Shown here in pieces: positions 28,668 to 37,576 of a DNA stretch of 64,000 bases. The DNA is from an uncultured candidate division Zixibacteria bacterium. GTDB taxonomy: Bacteria; Zixibacteria; MSB-5A5; GN15; FEB-12. The notes under the pieces are model-generated. The model did no database searches, was not told the DNA's origin, and was given only the letters and a program-made list of their open reading frames with translations. The DNA is taken from the NCBI GenBank assembly GCA_963735035.1, contig CAVTJJ010000006.1:544001-608000 (forward strand), read 5' to 3'. Position 1 is the first letter of the stretch. Each line of letters begins with the position of its first letter. A program made the translations under genes and the position numbers.

Positions 28668-30527
28668 ATGAACATCATGCGGCGGTTAGCAGGTGTGGCG
28701 TTAATGATGCTGGTGGCATTGCTTGGTGGCAATGTCATAAGCCAAACGCCCGCGGGCGCCCCTGTGGCGCCATCTATCAAGACCCTTGAATATGTCGGCA
28801 GCGCGTTGTGGATCGGAGTCCATGAGGTCCGCATCGACGGCTCAATTGCGTACTGCGCCATGCCGTATGGAATAGAGGCGTTCGACATCAAGGTCCCCTC
28901 CAAACCGACAATCATAGGCCAGCTCTATACAGAGGGAACGGCGCATCGGATGGCGGTCAAGAACGGTCTCATCTATCTGGCCGATGGCGAGGCCGGGCTA
29001 CAGATCATTGATTTCACGAATCCTGCTGCTCCCAGGGTCGTTGGCAAGTGTGTCACTCACGGTCACGCGTATGATGTTGAATTGGGGGGGAAGTATGCCT
29101 ACATGGCGGATGGCGATGCCGGTCTGGAAGTGATCGACGTATCGACTCCCGCGACCCCAAAATTAGTGGGGAACTACGATTCTCCCGGGACTGCCTTCGG
29201 TGTGACTCTGATCGGCAAGTATGCCTATATCGCCGATGGCAATCAGGGGCTTCAGATAGTGGATATCTCCAATCCGAAGTCGCCCCACTGGTCGGTGCGG
29301 GCGGATATGCGCGGCGAGGCTAGAGATGTCGCCGTTTCGGGCAAGTATGCTTATGTGGCTGCCGACGAGGAAGGGCTGCACATCTTCGATGTCTCCAAAC
29401 CTTCATTCCCGAAGCGGGTTGGGATTCTCGACTCGCCCGGAAGAGCTTTTGGAGTTGATGTTATTGGAGCGGATGTCTTACTCGCCGACGGCCACGCCGG
29501 CTTGCAGATAATTGATGTTTCCAACCCGGCTCAGCCGAAACATATCGGTACCGGCCAGACCCCGGGGCTTGCTCTGGGTGTGGCGGTGGCCGGCTCGATC
29601 GCCTGTGTCGGCGACGGTGACGCTGGTCTCAAGTTGTTCGACATCACGCAGCGCGATCATCCGAAGATGGTCGGCGACACCGGTATGCCGGGATTTGTCG
29701 CGAGTGTCGATGTTCGCGGCAATTACGCCTACACCGCCAACTATGAAGCCGGACTGCGCGTGCTGGACATCTCCAAGCCCGCTTCCCCGCAACTGGTCGG
29801 TGAATTCGACAGCCCCGGTTCGGCCTCAGCGGTCGCGCTGCAGGGCGACAATGCTCTTGTTTCCGACGGCATCGCCGGATTGCAGATTGTCAACGTGGCC
29901 AATCCCGCCAAGTGCAGTCTCCTGGGAAGCTACCACTCCGGGCGGCTGGTGGTCGACGCCGCCTCATCCGGTCAGTTGGCCTATCTCGCAAACGGTGAGC
30001 AAGGGGTGAGCATTGTTGATATCGGTGACCCCAAGAGTCCCGATCTGGTGAGCGAATACGATACGTCGGGCTCAGTCATGGGTGTCGCCCAGGACGGAAA
30101 TTACCTGTATCTCGCGTCGGGCAGCAACGGCCTTCAGATTATCGATATTTCGAATACAGCCAAGCCAAGGTCTATAGGGGTGCACGACACTCCCGGATAC
30201 GCTTCCGGGGTAGTAGTAGCGGGGCAATACGCCTACCTCGCCGACGGGTTCACCGGTCTGGCCATAGTGGACATCTCCGACAAGATGAAGCCGCGCCAGG
30301 TTGGTGTGTGCGCTACTCCCGGTGATGCCAAGAAGGTGGTTGTGGCCGACGGGAAAGCGTATGTCGCCGACGATGACGCCGGGGTGGTGGTTATCGACGT
30401 GTCCAATCCAGCGACGCCGCGTATGATAGCGCAGTATAACACTAAAGGTCAATGCTACGATGTTGCTTATCAATCGGGACTCGTTTACGTGGCCGACCTG
30501 TACGGTATGCTGGTTTTGAAGCCGTAG
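28668..30527 (+). CDS. Secreted LVIVD-repeat beta-propeller protein (about 14 repeats of 42 aa)
   Basis: Signal peptide, then tandem YAYxADGxxGLxIxDISxPxxP units; SD GGAGG. Confidence 0.9.
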   Translation: MNIMRRLAGVALMMLVALLGGNVISQTPAGAPVAPSIKTLEYVGSALWIGVHEVRIDGSIAYCAMPYGIEAFDIKVPSKPTIIGQLYTEGTAHRMAVKNGLIYLADGEAGLQIIDFTNPAAPRVVGKCVTHGHAYDVELGGKYAYMADGDAGLEVIDVSTPATPKLVGNYDSPGTAFGVTLIGKYAYIADGNQGLQIVDISNPKSPHWSVRADMRGEARDVAVSGKYAYVAADEEGLHIFDVSKPSFPKRVGILDSPGRAFGVDVIGADVLLADGHAGLQIIDVSNPAQPKHIGTGQTPGLALGVAVAGSIACVGDGDAGLKLFDITQRDHPKMVGDTGMPGFVASVDVRGNYAYTANYEAGLRVLDISKPASPQLVGEFDSPGSASAVALQGDNALVSDGIAGLQIVNVANPAKCSLLGSYHSGRLVVDAASSGQLAYLANGEQGVSIVDIGDPKSPDLVSEYDTSGSVMGVAQDGNYLYLASGSNGLQIIDISNTAKPRSIGVHDTPGYASGVVVAGQYAYLADGFTGLAIVDISDKMKPRQVGVCATPGDAKKVVVADGKAYVADDDAGVVVIDVSNPATPRMIAQYNTKGQCYDVAYQSGLVYVADLYGMLVLKP

Positions 30528-30534
30528 CGATCTT

Positions 30535-30607
30535 GTAGGTCAGGCCTACTCGGGGCCTGACGGGTAATGCGATTGAACGCGTCAGGCGTCAAGTCCGCCT
30601 GACCTAC
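30535..30607. repeat. REPIN-like inverted doublet, family A (GTAG-tagged)
   Basis: GTAGGTCAGGCC..GGCCTGAC (30535-30561) and inverted GTCAGGCG..CGCCTGACCTAC (30581-30607). The right half recurs at 61677-61703. Confidence 0.85.
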
Positions 30608-30621
30608 GACTACTTGAATGA

Positions 30622-30668
30622 GGTTGCGGCAGGTCCTGCGTCGCCAAAGGCGGCGTGTGACCTGCCGC
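30622..30668. repeat. Palindromic repeat, family B
   Basis: GGTTGCGGCAGGTCC..GCCAAAGGCGGCG..GACCTGCCGC; homologous copy at 36756-36802 with compensatory stem changes. Confidence 0.8.
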
Positions 30669-30697
30669 GTTGCATTGAATCAGATCCGACAAGTAAC

Positions 30698-30725
30698 GTG
30701 CCCGGAAGATGTCCACATCTGCCGG
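30698..30725. repeat. Palindromic repeat, family C
   Basis: GTGCCCGG(A/C)AGATGTCCACATCTGCCGG; also at 31015-31042 and inverted at 45205-45235. Confidence 0.85.
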
Positions 30726-30765
30726 GTTCTTGTTGAATGCACGTAGATGAGACGGGTCGAGGACC

Positions 30766-30909
30766 CGTCATTCTGGCGGAAGCCAGAACCCAGTTGTGAT
30801 GGCAAGTGAACGGAGGCTTATGCTAAATCACTACACTCGAATGATATCTTGATCACAAGAGCATTGCCTCTGCAATCATAACTGGGCACCGGCTTTCGCC
30901 GGTGTGACG
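30766..30909. repeat. CGTC-tagged palindromic doublet, family E (about 143 bp)
   Basis: CGTCATTCTGGCGGAAGCCAGAACCCAGTTGTG...CATAACTGGGCACCGGCTTTCGCCGGTGTGACG; second copy at 59788-59932. Confidence 0.85.
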
Positions 30910-31090
30910 ACCTGACGGCCGTTTCAATTTCAAGCCACCGAATCCCACTTATAGGGTTGGCCAATAGACCGTCCTAATTCGTGCCCGGCCCGCCGCGGCA
31001 GGTCCTCGTTCAACGTGCCCGGCAGATGTCCACATCTGCCGGTTGGTGCGACAATAGGGTGGGGCACCCGAGGTGCCGTCGCACACCCTC

Positions 31091-31118
31091 TTGACACCGG
31101 CGTTATAATCGCTAACTT
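31091..31118 (+). promoter_or_regulatory. Putative sigma-70 promoter
   Basis: TTGACA-16nt-TAACTT upstream of the transglutaminase gene. Confidence 0.45.
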
Positions 31119-31181
31119 GACCCACATGAGCGCCGCTGTCGTCAGTCTCTGCGCACAATCTACGTACCCAAGGAGGATGCG

Positions 31182-32777
31182 ATGTACCGGTCCGTTACCG
31201 CCATTTTCGTTCTAATCCTAACCCTCGCCGCAAGCGTCCTTGCCACGCCCGGGGACACCGTCCGAACCATTCCCGCCCCATATCGCTGTTCACAGGGCCT
31301 GGCCTTCGACGGCAAGCAACTCTGGTGTGTCGACCGTCTGAGCGACCAAATCTACGCCGTCAACCCGGCTTCGGGCGCGATCACGGATTCGATCCCGTCG
31401 CCCGGCTACATTCCGCGGGGGCTGGCTTTCGACGGCAAGCTGCTCTGGATAGCCGACGCCGAAGAACCGCGCCTGTTTGCCATTAATCCGGCTACGAAGG
31501 TTGTCGAAAGAACAATCCCCTGTCCGGTGGCCAATCCGACCGGGATGGCCTGGGACGGGAAGCGGCTCTGGATCGGCGGCGAAGGGTACGACAAGATCGA
31601 CCTGATCAGCGCAGATGACGGTACCACGATTGTCTCGATTCCGTCGCCGACGTCGCACACTAACGGGATGACTTTTGACGGCACTTATCTCTGGGTCTCG
31701 GATCGTTTCGCCGACCGCATCTTCATGGTCACCCCCCAGCGCGGGGATGTCGTGCTGAGTCTCGCCGCGCCTGGTCCGCACTCGTGGGGGCTGGCGTGGG
31801 ACGGCAAGAACCTCTGGAATGTCGACTACCAGACGGACAGGATCTATCAACTCGTGCTCGACGACGGCGTGCCGTATCAGCGCAAGAACGAGAAGGCCCA
31901 GCGGGTTGATTTTCTGCACCAGGTGAGGAATTTCGGGCCGGATACCGTGAAAACCCTCGACGTCTATATGGCCATCCCGGAGAACTCAGCCGGTCAGGAC
32001 TTGCAGGGCAAGCCGGAATTCGATCCGCCCGTGACAGATGTCCTTACCGACAAATGGGGCCAGAAAGTCGCGCATTTCCGCTTCACGAATCTGGGGCCGG
32101 ACAAGTTCACGAATGTTCGCATGACGGTCGCGGCCAAAATGTACGAGACACGGTATTTCGTATTTCCGGACAAAGTCGGCAAACTGGCGGACATCCCGAA
32201 AGACATTCGCGATAAGTATCTTGTGGACGATACCAAGTTCGATATCGGCAGCACTACTATTCGTACCGCGGTGCAGGAAGCTGTCGGGTTGGAAACTAAC
32301 CCGTACTGGATCGCGCGCCGCATCATGCAGTACTGCGTCGACAAGCTGACGTATGAACTGTCGGGAGGATGGAATGTCGCACCGGCCATACTGGAGAGAG
32401 GGACAGGCTCCTGCTCGGAGTACACGTTCGTTTACATATCGATGTGTCGCGCGGCCGGGTTACCGGCCCGGTACGCCGGAGCGATTGTGGTGCGCAACGA
32501 CGATGCCTCGTACGACGACGTCTTCCATCGCTGGGTAGAGGTTTACCTGCCGGGATACGGCTGGGTGCCCGTGGACCCGTCGCGCGGTGACAGCAAATGG
32601 CCTTCGGATGTGGCCGGGTCGGTCGGGTATTTGAACAACGGCTGCTTGATCACGACGGTTGGTGGGGGCGGCTCGGAGTATATGGAGTGGGGTTACAACG
32701 GCAACGAACGGTGGACGTCGCAAGGGCGGTGCAAGGTGGTGGTGGAGAACATCGGCGAGTGGACACCGCTGGAGTAG
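31182..32777 (+). CDS. Secreted transglutaminase-like cysteine protease with N-terminal beta-propeller
   Basis: Signal peptide; GLA(F/W)DGKxLWxxD repeats; catalytic triad GSCSEY / FHRW / VPVD; SD AGGAGG. Confidence 0.85.
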   Translation: MYRSVTAIFVLILTLAASVLATPGDTVRTIPAPYRCSQGLAFDGKQLWCVDRLSDQIYAVNPASGAITDSIPSPGYIPRGLAFDGKLLWIADAEEPRLFAINPATKVVERTIPCPVANPTGMAWDGKRLWIGGEGYDKIDLISADDGTTIVSIPSPTSHTNGMTFDGTYLWVSDRFADRIFMVTPQRGDVVLSLAAPGPHSWGLAWDGKNLWNVDYQTDRIYQLVLDDGVPYQRKNEKAQRVDFLHQVRNFGPDTVKTLDVYMAIPENSAGQDLQGKPEFDPPVTDVLTDKWGQKVAHFRFTNLGPDKFTNVRMTVAAKMYETRYFVFPDKVGKLADIPKDIRDKYLVDDTKFDIGSTTIRTAVQEAVGLETNPYWIARRIMQYCVDKLTYELSGGWNVAPAILERGTGSCSEYTFVYISMCRAAGLPARYAGAIVVRNDDASYDDVFHRWVEVYLPGYGWVPVDPSRGDSKWPSDVAGSVGYLNNGCLITTVGGGGSEYMEWGYNGNERWTSQGRCKVVVENIGEWTPLE

Positions 32778-32792
32778 GCTGGGCGGAGACTC

Positions 32793-32853
32793 GGGTGGCC
32801 AGCCGCTTGCGGGTGGGGTTGATCAGGTAGGGCGGGTCCGCTTCGAACCCGCC
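32793..32853. repeat. REP cluster: family I plus family H
   Basis: GGGTGGCCAGCCGCTTGCGGGTGGG (32793-32817), then GTAGGGCGGGTCCGCTTCGAACCCGCC (32827-32853). The latter is identical at 41509-41535 and 43632-43658. Confidence 0.88.
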
Positions 32854-32901
32854 ACGTGTCTATGAGGGCGGAATGATGCTCTATGTCCTGACAGGAGGTT
32901 T

Positions 32902-33372
32902 ATGATGAAGAGACTATTCGCTTTGGCGCTGTGCGGAACATTATGTATGTCCTGTGGGTGGCTTGGGAACAAGACTGTAACCGACCGATCACTCCGGCTT
33001 CATGTTCTTCAAGACTCAGTAGTTGCGAAGCCCGGCGACACTATCACACTGACTATCAGGCTACAGAACACTGGCGACGCGACAGTCCCAGTCACTACTT
33101 CAGGTTGCGCAATGTCAATTTGGGAGGCCTATCCTTCTCATTTCGGTGTTTTGGGTGTGTGCGATTCCGGATCTCCAGTTCCCTTTACACAATTACCGCC
33201 ACAAGAAACGATTGATCTGCCAACCAGATTTGTGATTAGCGGCCTCAACAGACCGATGAGCTTTGGTGTCAGGTACTCGATGACATATTCGGACGGATCT
33301 CGAAAGGTGAAGTACGACAGTTGGTCAGACAACTCGATAGTGATTACGGGGGGGCGGGTTCTAAGTAGGTAG
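32902..33372 (+). CDS. Hypothetical lipoprotein, Ig-like beta-sandwich
   Basis: SD AGGAGG; signal peptide with lipobox-like CMSC; KPGDTITLTIRLQNTG pattern; AT-richer than neighbours. Confidence 0.65.
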   Translation: MMKRLFALALCGTLCMSCGWLGNKTVTDRSLRLHVLQDSVVAKPGDTITLTIRLQNTGDATVPVTTSGCAMSIWEAYPSHFGVLGVCDSGSPVPFTQLPPQETIDLPTRFVISGLNRPMSFGVRYSMTYSDGSRKVKYDSWSDNSIVITGGRVLSR

Positions 33373-33539
33373 GAACCCCTGTCGTTTCGACATTCTACCG
33401 GCAGGCGCGGAGGCCTGCCGATCAGGGATCATCTATCCCACCCGCAAGCGGGTGGCCCACCCAGACGCTCCCAGCGCAAGCGCTGGGGCACCCAGGGTAT
33501 GACTATTTGAATGGGCAGACCAGGAGGTCTGCCGCCCAC
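33365..33539. repeat. Mosaic of REP families G, J, I (inverted, two variants) and K
   Basis: GTAGGTAGGAACCCCTGTCGTTTCGACA (cf. inverse at 41462-41489); CGGCAGGC..GCCTGCCGATCA (cf. 61600-61626); CCCACCCGCAAGCGGGTGGCCCACCC; GGGCAGACCAGGAGGTCTGCCGCCCAC (identical at 49706-49732). Confidence 0.85.
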
Positions 33540-33541
33540 AG

Positions 33542-34486
33542 TCATTTCTTCAACAGTGGATGCGAATTCGCGGCAACGCCTGATGCGGTCGCCACGCGGA
33601 TGTCGTGCGCAAGATTGATCGACGGGCGCGCGTCCTCAAGGCCAAACCCTTGCCCGGCCAAAGTGCGGCGATAGACTTCGGTGTGAAGATCGGTGAACCC
33701 GTCGGAGAACTCGACTTCCTGACCGTCGATAGTAATCGAGCGGTAAGTCGCCTGCTCGGCTTTCAGATTGTTCGGTAGCATGTCGCGATCTATCGACAAA
33801 AACCAGCGTACCCGGGCGCGCTCCAGTTCGAGAAAACCGGCGGTCGAGGTCGTATTCGCGAGATGGACTTCGTTCTTCTGCACCCCGCCGAACAACCAGA
33901 CGAGCAGATCGAAAAAGTGAATGCCGATATTTGTCGCCAGTCCGCCCGAACGTTCGAGCTGGCCTTTCCACGATACGAGATACCATTTGCCGCGCGAGGT
34001 TATATAAGTGAGCAGAACGTCGTGCTTGTCGGTCGGGCGCTCTTTCTGAATTTTCTCCCGAAGTGCGATCAGTGCGGGGTGAACCCGCAACTGCAGAACC
34101 GTGTTGATCTTCCGGCCGCTTTCTTCTTCGAGTTCGGCGAGGGCGTCGATATTCCACGGATTGAGCACGAGCGGTTTTTCGCAGATAGCGTCCGCCCCCA
34201 CCCGCAACGCAAACCGGCAATGGGCGTCGTGAAGGTAGTTCGGGGAACAGATCGATACATAATGTATCTTCCGGTCATCCCCGATGCGGCGCAGTTTGTC
34301 TATGTGGCGGTCGAACCGCTCAAATTCGGTGAAGAAGCTGACGTCGCTGAAAAAGCGGTCGAGAATCCCAACCGAATCGGCCGGATCGACCGCGGCCACC
34401 AGGTTGTGGCCGGTTTCTTTGATCGCTTTCAGATGACGGGGGGCGATGTAACCGCCGACCCCGGTAATGGCAAAATTCTTCGGCAT
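33542..34486 (-). CDS. wbpB: Gfo/Idh/MocA oxidoreductase, WbpB/WlbA-type UDP-GlcNAcA 3-dehydrogenase
   Basis: GYIAPRHLKAI, VDPADSVG, SICSPNYLHDAH, CEKPLVLNPWN, YITSRG.WY..SWKG, TNIGIHFFD, EFSDGFTDLHT. Confidence 0.85.
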   Translation of the reverse strand: MPKNFAITGVGGYIAPRHLKAIKETGHNLVAAVDPADSVGILDRFFSDVSFFTEFERFDRHIDKLRRIGDDRKIHYVSICSPNYLHDAHCRFALRVGADAICEKPLVLNPWNIDALAELEEESGRKINTVLQLRVHPALIALREKIQKERPTDKHDVLLTYITSRGKWYLVSWKGQLERSGGLATNIGIHFFDLLVWLFGGVQKNEVHLANTTSTAGFLELERARVRWFLSIDRDMLPNNLKAEQATYRSITIDGQEVEFSDGFTDLHTEVYRRTLAGQGFGLEDARPSINLAHDIRVATASGVAANSHPLLKK

Positions 34487-34575
34487 CCTGTTTTCGTTTC
34501 CTCTGGCAAATTCGGCAACCGCCGGGCCGCAATATAAGGGTCGGATGATCGGGGCAAAACCGATAATCCGATTTC

Positions 34576-36038
34576 TTATTCTACCCGGAGCGCCTCGATT
34601 GGATCAACTCTGGCAGCCCGGGCCGCCGGATAAGCCCCAGCCGCGACACTGACCGCGAGGCCGAATCCGAGCGCCAGCAGGACCAGCCACCAGGGGAGGG
34701 CGAAAAGCTCGATCTGGTCGAAACCCTCCCTGGCCATGTAATATTGGGCGATGGCCGATGAAAGCCGGCTTATGAGCCAGCCAAGGATCAGGCCCGCTAT
34801 CGATCCTATTATGCCGATCAGTGCGGATTCGAAGAGGTAGAGCGCCTTGATGTCCATTTCCGACGCCCCCAGCGACTTGAGGACACCGATTTCGCGGCGG
34901 CGTTCCATGATCGACATGACCATGACATTTACGATGCCGAGCGAAGCGGTCACCAGCGCGATCAGGCCGACCATGGCCAACGCCATGTCGAAATAGATGA
35001 AGAAGCGGTTGATTTCCTCGAACTGCTGGGCGTAGCTGAAAGAACGGTACCCGTGCGCTTCAATAGTATCGCTTATCGGCTTGAACGAGACGGTCGGGTC
35101 GAGATGCAAGCGTCACGCGAGGATACTGTTTCCGGCTGTCGCTGTTGTTGGTGATTAAGTTGCCGCCGCCGGAGATCGCCGCATATAGTTCGGTCGGATC
35201 GTTGGACAAACCGCCATCGGCGAATCGCTGGGATGTTGCCACCGGGACCAGAATCGGCTCCACGCGGCGATACCCCTCGCCGGCTTTCATTACGCCGACA
35301 ATGGTCAGCGTGTCAGCAACAGTCGCCGGATGGGTGAAGAAGCCTTCGGTGAATCGTCCGAGCGCGCGCCCCAGTTCATCACGCGCCAGCCGCTTGATAT
35401 ATTCGGTAGTGCGGAGGGAATCGATCCATCCCTTGACAAAAATCCGGTCAGCCACTTCGGGTGCGCCGCGAAGGAGAAACACCAGGCCGGAATCGAGACG
35501 GATTCTTTGTACTGAGACGACAATCGACTTGCCTATGACCGAATCGGCGGTCTTGCCCTTGAAGTGATCGAGAAACTCCGACGTCACCACCGCCTCGCGC
35601 GCTGAGTCCGAAGTGAACAGTCGTCCCGGCGTTCATCTGTGAAAACATCCGCGTTTGCGTGGCCACCGACGGCACCGACTGAGCTTTCAGTTTCAGGGCG
35701 GTATCGAGCGCGAGCGCGGTGACATCGTACGAGTCGAACGGATAGGCCAGGTTGACACCGGGCAGAGTCGAAAGCCAGGTGAGGACTGAATCGTTGAGCG
35801 GGGCGGCTTTGAGCGTGTCGGCGGATTCGCGGCCATCTTTGGGGTAGACGTACATGGTCGACAACAGGCCGAGCTGATTGTACTGCTCGGTGACATACTT
35901 CTGATTGCCGGCACCGAACGAAAGCATCGCCACAAACGCGCCGATCGCGATCATTACGCCGGAGATGGTCAGGAACGACCGGAGTTTCATCCGCCAGAGG
36001 TTGCCGAGCGGGATCGTGATCTTGTCGTGGAAAGTCAT
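34576..36038 (-). CDS. ABC transporter permease (MacB/FtsX family), two +1 frameshifts (near 35626 and 35108)
   Basis: N-terminal KLRSFLTISGVMIAI; C-terminal GIVNVM..SIMERRREIGVLKSLGA...YPAARAARVDPIEALR. Split across three ORFs; span = 487 codons + 2. Confidence 0.85.
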
Positions 36039-36724
36039 CGCGCAGCCCCTCCTGCTACTTGTCCGTACACCAGACGGACTGTGCGCTGGGCGTGCGAAGA
36101 CGCCAGGTCGGGATCGTGCGTAACCATGATGACCGTGATCCCCTGGCGGTTGAGATCGGTCAGTATTGCGGCGATCTGAGTGCAGTTGTCGCGGTCAAGG
36201 TTGCCGGTGGGTTCGTCGGCGAAAAGCATCTCAGGTTTCTTCACGAGCGCGCGGGCGATAGCCACCCGCTGCTGCTCGCCGCCGGATAGATCGGCGGGGC
36301 GGTGGTCCAGACGGTCACCGAGGCCCAACTGTTCCAGCGTTTCCGTTGCGCGGCGGACCCGCTCGATCCGGGGCGTCTGGTTAAAATAGAGGGCCAGTTC
36401 GACATTTTGCAGCGCGGTCCGATGAGCGATCAGGTTGAACGACTGGAAAATCATGCCGACCCGATGAGCCCGGTAGGATGCCAGTTCACGGCGCGAAAGC
36501 TCGCTCAAATTGCGGCTGCCGATTTCGATCCGGCCGGAGGTTGGAGTGTCCAGCCCCGCCAACATGGCCAAAAGGGTCGATTTGCCGGAACCGGACGAAC
36601 CCACGAGGGCCAGGAATTCGCCTTTGGCGATAGCCAGGTTCACCCGGTCGACCGCGCGTACCTCGTGCGGGCCGCGCCGGAAGTAGCGGCAGAGATCGGT
36701 GGTTTCTATCAGTGGTTTATCCAT
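36035..36724 (-). CDS. ABC transporter ATP-binding protein (LolD/MacB-type)
   Basis: [36 protein letters not shown]. Confidence 0.93.
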   Translation of the reverse strand: MDKPLIETTDLCRYFRRGPHEVRAVDRVNLAIAKGEFLALVGSSGSGKSTLLAMLAGLDTPTSGRIEIGSRNLSELSRRELASYRAHRVGMIFQSFNLIAHRTALQNVELALYFNQTPRIERVRRATETLEQLGLGDRLDHRPADLSGGEQQRVAIARALVKKPEMLFADEPTGNLDRDNCTQIAAILTDLNRQGITVIMVTHDPDLASSHAQRTVRLVYGQVAGGAAR

Positions 36725-36755
36725 ATGGTTGTCCGAGCCTCAAGTCGCGCAGGCC

Positions 36756-36884
36756 GGTTGCGTCAGGTCCTTCGCCGCCAAAGGCGGCGTGAGACCTGAC
36801 GCCGCTGTCACTAAGCCGGTCACTCGTGTCAGTTCACACGTTCCACCTGCCGCAGGCGGGCCGAACGCAGGAACTGACACAACC
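36756..36884. repeat. REPIN-like inverted doublet of family B
   Basis: GGTTGCGTCAGGTCC..GACCTGACGC and inverted GTGTCAGTTC..GAACTGACACAACC. Confidence 0.75.
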
Positions 36885-36974
36885 AGGCAAGCTTCGGGGT
36901 AGTGAACCGGAGAATATTTGTCGGCTTGGCGGGACCGGTTCAACCAAAACCTCAAGTCAACTGTACGAATCCGT

Positions 36975-37003
36975 TTGACCCTTGTTGCATCCGGATTTAT
37001 CAT
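36975..37003 (+). promoter_or_regulatory. Putative sigma-70 promoter of the HD-homoaconitase operon
   Basis: TTGACC-17nt-TATCAT. Confidence 0.55.
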
Positions 37004-37041
37004 GCCCCCACGTATGCTAAGAGGAAACTGACGAGGAACTT

Positions 37042-37575
37042 ATGAATGACCTGGTGCTGAAGCTTCTGCCGGAGATCAAGGAAATTTCGAATCCCGAACT
37101 GCGCGAAAAAGTGATCGCCTGCTGGGACGAGGCGATCCGGTTCCGGGGCTGGACCGAAGAACTTCTGGTCAATATGCCGTTTACGCTTCTGGCCGAGAAT
37201 GTCCAGATAACGTTCATCAGCCATGTGCGGGCAGTGGCGGCGATGTGTATCGCCTGCGACAAAGTGCTTCGCGATTTTCACGGCGACAAGAAGACGCCGG
37301 TAAACCGGGACTTCCTGATAGCGGGGGCATTGCTGGCCGATGTCGGCAAGCTGCTCGAATTCGAGATTGTCAAAGGCAACCCGGTCAAGTCGAGCTACGG
37401 CATGCACATCCGGCATCCGTTCTCAGGTGTCGGTTTAGCTTTCAAGCACGGAGTCCCGTCGGAAGTCATGCATATCATCGCCACACATTCCAAAGAGGGG
37501 ACCGGCGAGAAGCGGAGCCCGGAGAGCATCATCTTCCATCACGCCGATTTCATTGATTTCGAGCTGGTGAAATAG
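37042..37575 (+). CDS. HD-superfamily protein with a degenerate HD motif (AD)
   Basis: ISHVRAV...LIAGALLADVGK...RHPFSG...HIIATHS...HHADF; SD GAGG. Confidence 0.8.
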   Translation: MNDLVLKLLPEIKEISNPELREKVIACWDEAIRFRGWTEELLVNMPFTLLAENVQITFISHVRAVAAMCIACDKVLRDFHGDKKTPVNRDFLIAGALLADVGKLLEFEIVKGNPVKSSYGMHIRHPFSGVGLAFKHGVPSEVMHIIATHSKEGTGEKRSPESIIFHHADFIDFELVK

Positions 37576-37576
37576 T

